Origin: a virus
Lineage: Duplodnaviria > Caudoviricetes
Reading direction: 5' to 3' (one strand)
Length of the DNA: 58,609 nucleotides
IMG/VR virus record: IMGVR_UViG_3300032280_000090
Coordinates: 1-58,609 of that record
The position numbers and the translations under genes are program-made. The notes under the pieces were generated by a model. It searched no databases. It had not been told where the DNA came from and saw nothing but the letters and a program-made list of their open reading frames with translations. Below, one piece after another: positions 25,712 through 33,800 of the stretch; the stretch's first letter is position 1; each line of letters begins with the position of its first letter.

Positions 25712-25942
25712 TTAATCTGCCATGTGTTCCATCATCGCTTCAGCAAGCTCGAAAGCCAATGCTGCTGCTTTCTTTGGATCCGTTCCATCTTCCGTAGAAG
25801 CAATACCAGCAAGTGCTGAAGAGGCAAAGAATTGCTTCATGCTCATGCCGGTATTGCTTTTTACTGGAGGGTGACTGCTATCGCCTTGGTATGCGGCTAC
25901 AGGAAATGCTGGAAAGTTAAATTTCTTAAATGGTCTATTCAT
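25712..25942 (-). CDS. Conserved phage hypothetical protein
   Basis: PAFP...GMSMKQFFASSALAG...AFELAEAM motif. Confidence 0.7.
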   Translation of the reverse strand: MNRPFKKFNFPAFPVAAYQGDSSHPPVKSNTGMSMKQFFASSALAGIASTEDGTDPKKAAALAFELAEAMMEHMAD

Positions 25943-26092
25943 GATTTTGTTTGATTTTTTTATTTTGCGCAGGGCAAGTAAGGCGATACTTTTTCTCTAA
26001 TTTGCCAAGCCTGTCAAGAAATACCCAAACGCAAGGAATCAAAGGATTGTACCTTTCTTGCTTATTATAATCTTTTAAGGACATCATGGCGG

Positions 26093-26344
26093 TTATTTGT
26101 TTGGAGGAGTGCAACACCCATCGCACCCATGAGTTTTATCGGTAGCCGGGTCATCTGGATCTGGGTGACCTACGCCATGCTCACACATGCGCTCCATAAT
26201 ACCCCGATCATTACGCCAGTTCTGAGGCCAATCTTTCATGTGATGATCGCTCGGATTGTGAATACAGCAATTCTCGCCTTTGCATTTCTTTTTATCGTGG
26301 ACTGACAAAGTTCTGTCTGATCCTATTAATTTATAGCTTTCCAT
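26093..26344 (-). CDS. Cys/His-rich small protein
   Basis: CCIHNPSDHHM...MERMCEHGVGHPDPD...HGCDGCC. Confidence 0.75.
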   Translation of the reverse strand: MESYKLIGSDRTLSVHDKKKCKGENCCIHNPSDHHMKDWPQNWRNDRGIMERMCEHGVGHPDPDDPATDKTHGCDGCCTPPNK

Positions 26345-26346
26345 AT

Positions 26347-26565
26347 TTATTCGTCTTGTGTTGGTTCGTTTGTTTTTTCCATTTCCACAGCTTGATCTGC
26401 TCGGATGTCGTGGATCATGTTTTTAACCATTATCGTGCAATCAGCCTCTTTTCCATGATACTTCCGTAAGAAGAGATAGTGATGCTCGTAGATGTACGCT
26501 AGGATCTGCTCTCGCATATCATGGCGTCCTGCTGAATATCCATCGTCGTATTTATCGTTGTTCAT
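26347..26565 (-). CDS. Hypothetical protein
   Basis: 72-aa ORF in tandem array. Confidence 0.6.
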   Translation of the reverse strand: MNNDKYDDGYSAGRHDMREQILAYIYEHHYLFLRKYHGKEADCTIMVKNMIHDIRADQAVEMEKTNEPTQDE

Positions 26566-26586
26566 GACTTGGCTCGTATGATTGGT

Positions 26587-26784
26587 TTATTTCGTGGAGT
26601 CAATACTTTTTTTTCTCCTTTCGCATTCCTTCATTACGGAAAGCATGAAAACCTGCATTCCTTCTAATACACGATCTGGATCTCCATCGCAGAAAACGAT
26701 CATTGATTCCAAGAAGTCGTTTGCTCGTATCATTACAATATCACCTAAGTCCTTTTCTGGATGATGGCGGTTTTTCTTAGTCAT
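26587..26784 (-). CDS. Hypothetical protein
   Basis: 65-aa ORF overlapping the end of the Ocr-like gene. Confidence 0.55.
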   Translation of the reverse strand: MTKKNRHHPEKDLGDIVMIRANDFLESMIVFCDGDPDRVLEGMQVFMLSVMKECERRKKSIDSTK

Positions 26785-27196
26785 TGTTTTGTTCCTCCTT
26801 TAGTTTTTCTGCATCCTCTTTCTCTTCCTTGTAGGTATCGAAAAGATCTTCTGCGTTGTTGGTGAACCACTCACAAACCTCTTGGTGAATGTAGAAGTAT
26901 ATAGCGGCCATTCCGTCATTTTCCCTAGGGTTATCGCCAACTCCTGCGTCAAAATGCGCTTGCTCAATTTCCTGCCCATGAAGATACCAAGCGGTATTTA
27001 TTTCATGGGTGTAGATAGGTACGCATCCGTCCACTATTTCGTGAATAGCACCGGAGTAGTCTAGGTCGTTTATGTCTGGGCAAGAATCTGGCTCATTCTC
27101 GTTCAGGTATTTAATCAGTTCTTCCTTAACCTCGCTTATGGCGACTTCTACCCTGTCAGGTAAGGTATCTTCTACTTCTATGTTTCGTGTTGTCAT
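26777..27196 (-). CDS. ocr: Ocr-like (T7 gp0.3) DNA-mimic anti-restriction protein
   Basis: AIHEIVDGCVPIYTHEI aligns by eye with Ocr AIHMAADNAVPHYYADI; AEDLFDTYKEEKE with AEDLLNEYLEEVE; very acidic. Confidence 0.75.
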   Translation of the reverse strand: MTTRNIEVEDTLPDRVEVAISEVKEELIKYLNENEPDSCPDINDLDYSGAIHEIVDGCVPIYTHEINTAWYLHGQEIEQAHFDAGVGDNPRENDGMAAIYFYIHQEVCEWFTNNAEDLFDTYKEEKEDAEKLKEEQNND

Positions 27197-27226
27197 ATTT
27201 ATTTTGTTGTTTTTTTGTTTATTGAT

Positions 27227-27460
27227 CTAACGATCAAATTCTTGGTAATCATCTGGGTCTGGGGTGCAGTCCTCTTCGACCTCTTCGATATTCACTTCCT
27301 CGCCACATTTAGGGCACTCGAAAGGACTGCATTCAGCTTCAGAACCCGGATCATAATGTTCGGGCAGTCCTGACATTCCAGTAGCAGGAGTTTCGGGAGT
27401 GAAGTTGACTTCAAACTCATGTTCGCACTCTTCGTTTTTACAAGTGTATTCGTGTTTCAT
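27227..27460 (-). CDS. Acidic Zn-ribbon protein
   Basis: YTCKNEECEH...CPKCGE; D/E-rich. Confidence 0.65.
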   Translation of the reverse strand: MKHEYTCKNEECEHEFEVNFTPETPATGMSGLPEHYDPGSEAECSPFECPKCGEEVNIEEVEEDCTPDPDDYQEFDR

Positions 27461-27461
27461 T

Positions 27462-27647
27462 TTAGTTATTTATTTTTGTTACAAGTTCAATCATTTCAGA
27501 ACGGACGCACTCGGTAGGACGGATTCCTCCGTGTTCCCAAACCAAAGGCTCAATAAAGCCTCGGTCGCCGTTCCACTCAACTACTAGGTATTCCTCGTAG
27601 CCACCTTCCCATTCGGGACGGATTTTAACAATACATCCGGTGTGCAT
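27462..27647 (-). CDS. Small SH3-like hypothetical protein
   Basis: GCIVKI...YLVVEWNGDRGFI; first gene after promoter B. Confidence 0.6.
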   Translation of the reverse strand: MHTGCIVKIRPEWEGGYEEYLVVEWNGDRGFIEPLVWEHGGIRPTECVRSEMIELVTKINN

Positions 27648-27691
27648 ATTATTTATTTATTGGTTATTTATTGGATTTTACCGACAAGATA

Positions 27692-27730
27692 AGTATTGCC
27701 TATTTTGTCCTGCATGAAAAGGAAAAAGTA
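27692..27730 (-). promoter_or_regulatory. Repeated early promoter, copy B
   Basis: Minus strand TACTTTTTCCTTTTCA..AGGCAATACT; matches copy A. Confidence 0.55.
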
Positions 27731-27754
27731 CCACATTTTGTAATTATTTTTACC

Positions 27755-28057
27755 CTACGCCAAGGCTGAGAAACTAGGGTTTTTAGCCACTAGCGCAGGG
27801 TCGTTAAACCGCTTCAGCAACTTCTGGCGGTCTTGCTCGGTGATTTGTACCGCAATCCACTTCATCGCTTTGTAAGCCCTGCGGCATCCTGCCGAATAAC
27901 GAAGAACCGCCATGCGAAGCAATTCAGAAAAATGCTCATGTTCGCCATCAATAAACAATTTGTCTGCTGTGCTGTGAAAAGCGCATTGGGGAGGAATAGG
28001 AATTCCTGCCGCTTGTGCGTCTCGGTAAAAATCTACATTAATAAGAACAGCGTTCAT
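27755..28057 (-). CDS. Hypothetical protein
   Basis: 100-aa ORF. Confidence 0.55.
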   Translation of the reverse strand: MNAVLINVDFYRDAQAAGIPIPPQCAFHSTADKLFIDGEHEHFSELLRMAVLRYSAGCRRAYKAMKWIAVQITEQDRQKLLKRFNDPALVAKNPSFSALA

Positions 28058-28236
28058 TATTCGTCACCTCCATAATATCCGTAGTCCTCATCAGTTCCGA
28101 ATCCTGCCGATGCTAGGGCTTCCCCATCATCATAGCAATCGTCGGGCATTCTGCCTACGCAACGCTCTTCGGGATCATTGCCTATGGGTTTAACTTCTTC
28201 CTCTTCGGGAAGATTTTCGTTATCTGGATTTATCAT
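28057..28236 (-). CDS. 59-aa acidic protein (not in the ORF track)
   Basis: MINPDNENLPEEEE...DDGEALASAGFGTDEDYGYYGGDE; first gene after promoter C. Confidence 0.65.
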   Translation of the reverse strand: MINPDNENLPEEEEVKPIGNDPEERCVGRMPDDCYDDGEALASAGFGTDEDYGYYGGDE

Positions 28237-28257
28237 ATATTTATTTATTAGGGTTGA

Positions 28258-28300
28258 CTAACGCAATCAATCAAACCTCCGACCAACAAAAAAGAAAAGG
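28258..28300 (-). promoter_or_regulatory. Repeated early promoter, copy C
   Basis: CTAACGcaaTCAATCAAACCT (+ strand) shared with 30104-30124. Confidence 0.5.
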
Positions 28301-28308
28301 TCTTTTTT

Positions 28309-28617
28309 TCACTCTTTTTGCTTTTCGTGTTTTTGCATTTTAGTGAAGATTTTACCGGCCAGCGAAGATAGTTCTTCAATGGCATGTTCCTGCATATCGG
28401 GAAACCTAGCATGGGCAACTTCGTGGAAAATAGTTTCCGCAAGGCTTCTGAAACGTCCTCGCTTCTCAGCTTGTATAATTATCTTCCGTTTCTCCCAATT
28501 ACATATTCCATCGTGAACTCGTAGTTTGCCACGAACCTTCTGGCCTCCCGGATAACCATACCCGACTGTCCATCTTTTTTTGTTAATGTTGATGCAAAGG
28601 ATTTTTTGAAAGCTCAT
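28309..28617 (-). CDS. Minimal HExxH zincin-like protein
   Basis: GICNWEKRKIII...ETIFHEVAHARFPDMQE. Confidence 0.65.
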   Translation of the reverse strand: MSFQKILCININKKRWTVGYGYPGGQKVRGKLRVHDGICNWEKRKIIIQAEKRGRFRSLAETIFHEVAHARFPDMQEHAIEELSSLAGKIFTKMQKHEKQKE

Positions 28618-28628
28618 AGCGTGTGGCG

Positions 28629-28811
28629 TTATGGTTTCTTATGTTTGATGCTTATTTCCGCCTTGTAGGGATCGTAAAAATATCTTGCGTGGGTTATCTC
28701 ATGCTTAATTAGTCGCCACATATCTGAACGAACAAATTCATCGAAATCACCGGATGATGCTATTTCTGGCACATCCGGTGGATCCGAGTCTTTATCGCAG
28801 ATAATTATCAC
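28629..28811 (-). CDS. Hypothetical protein
   Basis: 60-aa coupled ORF. Confidence 0.5.
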   Translation of the reverse strand: MIIICDKDSDPPDVPEIASSGDFDEFVRSDMWRLIKHEITHARYFYDPYKAEISIKHKKP

Positions 28812-29356
28812 TATTCCTCAATTATCTTTATGCAGCTTTTTAGTTCAAGAACAAGTCTCTCCCTTTCGCTTTTTATGATTGACCTGAGTAGATCTCTTTC
28901 ACGCTTTAGCTCTTCTATTTCGTCCTGTAGCTTCGTTTTGGAAACTTCGTCGGGGTTTTCCTTCAATAATTCCATAAGCATCCACAGGGCTTCCTTGCGG
29001 TGCCCACCTACGTTCCATTCCGTTATGTTTTCAACCTCTTCGCCATGGTGTGCTAGGTAATTCTTTCCGTTCTTCCAGTTGTAGATTGTGCAGACTAATC
29101 CGTGGTCGGCATGTTTGCTTACCTCGCCTTCAGGCATGGGGAAGCGGATGATCCACTCGGCATCCGTTTTATACTCGTCGCCTTTGGTTGGCTCACCGAA
29201 TAAGCTAACGAGTTTTTCGTAAGGGGCTTCTAGGTATCCTTGTAGGAAAGTTCCACCTACGGCTATTTTGCTTTCGTTATGTGTTTCGTATTTCATGTAT
29301 TTATTCATTGGTTGTTGTTGGATTGAGGATTTCTTTAATTTTGTCGAATAGTTCAA
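28811..29356 (-). CDS. Conserved phage hypothetical protein
   Basis: GTFLQGY..LFGEP..YKTDAEW..TIYNWK..EWNVGGH; true start probably 29308 or 29296. Confidence 0.7.
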   Translation of the reverse strand: MNYSTKLKKSSIQQQPMNKYMKYETHNESKIAVGGTFLQGYLEAPYEKLVSLFGEPTKGDEYKTDAEWIIRFPMPEGEVSKHADHGLVCTIYNWKNGKNYLAHHGEEVENITEWNVGGHRKEALWMLMELLKENPDEVSKTKLQDEIEELKRERDLLRSIIKSERERLVLELKSCIKIIEE

Positions 29357-29445
29357 GTCGCTCTTTAATTAGCCTTATTTCTAGTTCGATAACTCGCAAT
29401 TCGTCAGATATTTCGTCTAAGGTTTTCGCAGGTGTTTCCATAGTG

Positions 29446-29613
29446 TTATTCTTGGTAGTCTTGAATCGTTGTAACTAAGCCATCGAAATCCTCGTCACGC
29501 CCAAGCAGGTCAGCCGCAGCGTAAACGATTTCCAGCGGCACTCCGTAATCTTCAGCAAGGCTATCTAGGTAGTCCTTGCGGTTCTTATATCCATTTTCAG
29601 TGTATAGGCTCAT
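29446..29613 (-). CDS. 55-aa acidic protein (not in the ORF track)
   Basis: MSLYTENGYKNRKDYLDSLAEDYGVPLEIVYAAADLLGRDEDFDGLVTTIQDYQE. Confidence 0.65.
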   Translation of the reverse strand: MSLYTENGYKNRKDYLDSLAEDYGVPLEIVYAAADLLGRDEDFDGLVTTIQDYQE

Positions 29614-29865
29614 TTTATTTATTTGGTTTTAGGTTATACTCTACTTTTTTATCCATACTCTCTGAAATATGGCAAACATACGCTTGCCATACTCCGGGTA
29701 TTTACTAACAGGGATTCGGTGCGCCTTGCACCACTCGACAAAATCTTTTCTGCACCGGATTTGTTGAACTATGTTCATCAGTCCCAAAGCAAGCAAAGGA
29801 TAATTCCGACGATGAAGGCTTCCACGAAAAGAAGCTGAATTGCGTTGAAAAGTAGGTCTTTCATT

Positions 29866-30075
29866 TTATTTGGCTTGTACCAACTTGGTATATTCTGCAA
29901 TTTCGTCCTCAATTAAAAATTTGAGGCTAGGTTCAGCGATGAGGCATTGCTTTAACACGCAGAAAAGTTCCATGTTCATATATTCAGATGAATCGTTATT
30001 TTTACGAATTGCATCTGTGAGGCGACCAAGAACTGAAATGTCGATTTCATTTTCGCCATTGATTAGCTTGCTCAT
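29866..30075 (-). CDS. Hypothetical protein
   Basis: 69-aa ORF, first after promoter D. Confidence 0.6.
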   Translation of the reverse strand: MSKLINGENEIDISVLGRLTDAIRKNNDSSEYMNMELFCVLKQCLIAEPSLKFLIEDEIAEYTKLVQAK

Positions 30076-30103
30076 TGTATTTATTTATTGGTGTTTGGGT
30101 TTC

Positions 30104-30146
30104 CTAACGAAGTCAATCAAACCTTGTTTTTCCGAAAAGGTAAACA
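30104..30146 (-). promoter_or_regulatory. Repeated early promoter, copy D
   Basis: CTAACGaagTCAATCAAACCT; minus strand TTTACC-17nt-TTTGAT. Confidence 0.5.
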
Positions 30147-30186
30147 AAAAAGATACACTTTTTTCATCCAAAGGAGGAAAATAGTT

Positions 30187-30894
30187 CTAAAAAGTACGTT
30201 TTTCCCACGCCTCACGAGCCTTTTCTACCGAAATTGCAGGCTTTCCGATGCGCTCATTCACATCGTTGTGAAGGTGAACGCTCCAGCCAAAAAGATCCTG
30301 CCATACCGGAGGATGCTCGGAAATGAACTGGCGGAAATGTTCTTGGCAAGGACATCCGTCAAATGGAAGGGATTCCGACCAATCAAGAAACCATAGCTTT
30401 CCTGCGTAGTCGTGATTTTCGCTATTGTGCTTATATCGTAGTGCGTACAAATGTAACTCTGCCCAATGGCGAGAACCTTGCTTTGTGATTTGCGTGGCAG
30501 GGGACGAGGCGTGCGAACGAACAATTTCATCACCGCAATTATTTACCCATTTCCGGTGCTGGTCTGGATCGACGCCAAGTGCCTCACGAACGATCTCCGT
30601 AACTTTTTTTGCAATGGCATTTTGTCGATCGTTTGGGGCAATCGTATGCCTTCTTAGCAAATCGGTATTCATGGTGCTAATTTGCCACTCGGTGACTTGT
30701 TCCTCGGTAATGCCATCCTTACGGCATAACCACGCTTCTACCATTTTACTCAACGCAATGAGAAAAGCGTCATTTTCACGACTTCCGTAGTCAGTGACTA
30801 GAATTTGAAGCGTCCCATCGGGTAAGAACCGCCAATCGCCAACCTCGCTATACCGCATAGCCGAAGGGTCTATAGCCTTTATTTCAATTCTCAT
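30187..30894 (-). CDS. ERV1/ALR-family FAD sulfhydryl oxidase fused to an N-terminal domain of unknown function
   Basis: C-terminal GSRHWAELH...LPFDGCPCQEHF...LFGWSVHLHNDVNERIGKP matches the ERV/ALR consensus G..W..LH / LPCxxC..H / W....HN.VN..LGK. Confidence 0.8.
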   Translation of the reverse strand: MRIEIKAIDPSAMRYSEVGDWRFLPDGTLQILVTDYGSRENDAFLIALSKMVEAWLCRKDGITEEQVTEWQISTMNTDLLRRHTIAPNDRQNAIAKKVTEIVREALGVDPDQHRKWVNNCGDEIVRSHASSPATQITKQGSRHWAELHLYALRYKHNSENHDYAGKLWFLDWSESLPFDGCPCQEHFRQFISEHPPVWQDLFGWSVHLHNDVNERIGKPAISVEKAREAWEKRTF

Positions 30895-30895
30895 G

Positions 30896-33800
30896 CTATT
30901 TCATCATCAATTCTTGCAGAGGTAGCTTTTTCTTATTGTCTGGAACGATTAGCTTAATGTTTTTTAAAATGCCTCCATCACCGGCATTAAAGCTATTGGT
31001 TAGCAATCTCACGTTTTCAAGCGTTTGCGTTGCGCTAGTTGCGCTAGGTTGAGGGGTTGCAGCTTCGGGAGTGAATTGGGGCTGACCTCCGGTTTGGATC
31101 GCCTCACGCATTTCTGGCGTAATTTTTACTTTCCAGATTTTGTACGTTTTTGTTCCTTTGCTATGCACTCTTGCCCATTCCTCTGACAAATCCCGCTGCC
31201 TTTCCATGAAAAGATCCCTGTATTCGTCTTGATCTACATTTTCATCGTCCTCAAAAATTCCCTCTCTTTCTAATTGTTTTTCAACCTGATTGAAAATTCT
31301 ATCTTGCGCTTCTTGTGGGATGTCATGAAGAGGGTCGGCATATCTTTCGCCTGTAACAATTTCAGATTGTTCTACTTTTCCTTTGAACTTTTTTTCAACA
31401 TATTTGCCGATCTCTTTAGGAAGCATCTGATCGTAAAATTTTTTCATGCCTTCGCCTCCTATTTCTAGTTTGGTTCCACGAAGGTCTTTTGCTCCAGAAA
31501 ATGTATCTTTTTCGCCTTCACCATTTACTATTTTTTCAGCAACTTCTTTTCCAACATTTGCAGCCAGATCAGCTTCTGGAATAGATGCACCAAGAGTTCT
31601 CCAAGCTGATCCATCACCTTTACCGATATATTTTATTTTGTATGTTCCATCTTCTTGTTTGGAATATCTCAGAGCGTCGATTTGAGTGGATAGCCTATAG
31701 CGAGCAGCTTGCGTTGCCCCATCAGTCCAAGAAACTCCATCCTTACCTTGTTCAATAGCCATTTGTAATTGGCGTTTAAACAACTGAAGCCCCCAATCTT
31801 TTCTGAATGGTGCGTCTGCGACTTCTTTTCCTGTTAAGTTTCCTTGAGCATATTTAATGGCTTCTTCAGCATTTTTACCATATGCCTCAATACCAGCAGG
31901 ATATTCTTTTGAAGATACAACCCATCCCCAATTGGTTTTTGTAGCTATTGGATCAGTTAGTTTAATGTTCTGATCTCCCTGATACCCCTGCTTTCTGCCT
32001 TTCTGATGCCGTCCAGACTGATATTCTTCTGAATGCAATAGATTATCACCAGCTACGTCCTTGCGCTCGTTAAGCCTCATGTGGGCTACATAGTTAGGAA
32101 TGTCAGGGAAGTGAGAGTCGGTGTATTCAGAAGTCCGTTTTGGAGGTTTCGTTTCTTTTGAAAGGCGATTAAACTCTGCAATGTTTTCTTCTGTGCGAGG
32201 AAGATTTTGAAGTTCTTTAAGTCTTTTAATTTTAGATTCAAAGGAAGGCATCGTCATCACTACTTCCCTGTAGTTCTGTCCGTCAGGGGTAACATAGGTT
32301 CCGTATTTTGGATCGCCAATAGCAGTTGGTCGTGCATTAGGCGTATTTTGCGCATCCGTTGTGTCAAAAAACTCCCCCAAAGTCATATCTAAAGAATCTG
32401 CGTAATCTTTTGCCAATTTAAGTAATTGTTTTTTATCCGCTTTTGGATTTTTTAATTCATCATCGAACGAATCATTAGGAGCCATTTCTACCTCCCTCCA
32501 ATTCTGTAATTGTTCCCGAATATATTCGGGAGTATATTCATTAATTATTTCTTCTTCTGTCTTATTTTTTTCTACTGCTAAATACTTTTCTTCAAACTGA
32601 ATCTGCCCTTCGTTCTTCAAATAATCACTTACTTCTTGCTTGGTGACGCTATCTTTGCCTTCTAGGAAGCCTTCTAGGTTGCTCCATTTGATTTCTTCAG
32701 GCTTTACTCCCGAACCTTTCGTTGGGTCAACTATAGCCATGATTTGCTGAACGGATGCTTTATTAGGCATCTTTTCGTCAATCGTCTTTTGCAACTGAGA
32801 GTAGAATCCTTTTTCTGAAGTAGGGTAGGTGCTAGTGTAGTCAGGGGTGAATTGCGCTTGCATCGGCTGTAATTCACCAATAGGCGTATATGGCTCACTT
32901 GTTTTCGCATCTGAAACTAATGGTTTCCACTTACCATCTTTACCTTTATATTCTAGTAAATTAGGAGGAACATTTCCCCTTCCTTGAAGTAAAACCTCTC
33001 CTGTGCCGTCATCGAATTGAATTCCGTTTTCATTTTCAGGGTACCTCCCAAACAAATCTACAAGTTTTTGTTTATTTATTCTAAAAAGGTTTCCGGAATC
33101 TAATGAAGAATAGTATTCTGTATTTTTAGGGGTATTTCCCATATAAACACCTTCTCCAGAATAACCTTCTTCAGATGGCCTAATTCCCTCTTTTATGAAA
33201 TCTCGTGGATTTGCATCTGTTAAATGGTAAACATACGGATCTGTGGTTCCGAATATTTGTTTTTCACCGCTAGAAGTGAAAGCTGATCCCATTGTCATTG
33301 CGTCCTTTCCTTGAATGGCGTTTGCGCCTCGCAGGAGGTCGCTAGAAATCTTCGGAACAGATTCCTCGCCCATTTGTGTAGGCATACCCTCTTGCGTCAA
33401 CTCAGGGTCAATTATGGCTTCTGGAACCGCATTGAAAATCGACTTGCCGTATTCAAACGGATATTTCTGTCCATTACTCTGCTCATAGTGAGAATAAGCA
33501 TCCAGCCTCCTACTACGAATAAGTGACATAGGATCACTACTCTTGGCGTCGGCTTTCTCTTCTTTGCTCATTTTGCTCCGAGGAACCTTCGGGAGAGAAA
33601 TAACTACAGGATTGAAATTCTTTGGCCTTGCCTCAGTTTGCGGAGGCTTGACGTTCAAGAAAGCGTCATAAATATAACGCATTTGCATAGCCTTATTGAA
33701 ATCTGTATCCAGATTGCGATGTCGAGCTTGTGCCGCTTGTTCGGAAAGAGCATCCATTTCGGCAGGATCGTTCTGCCAATTCTCCATGTATTTGCTCAAG

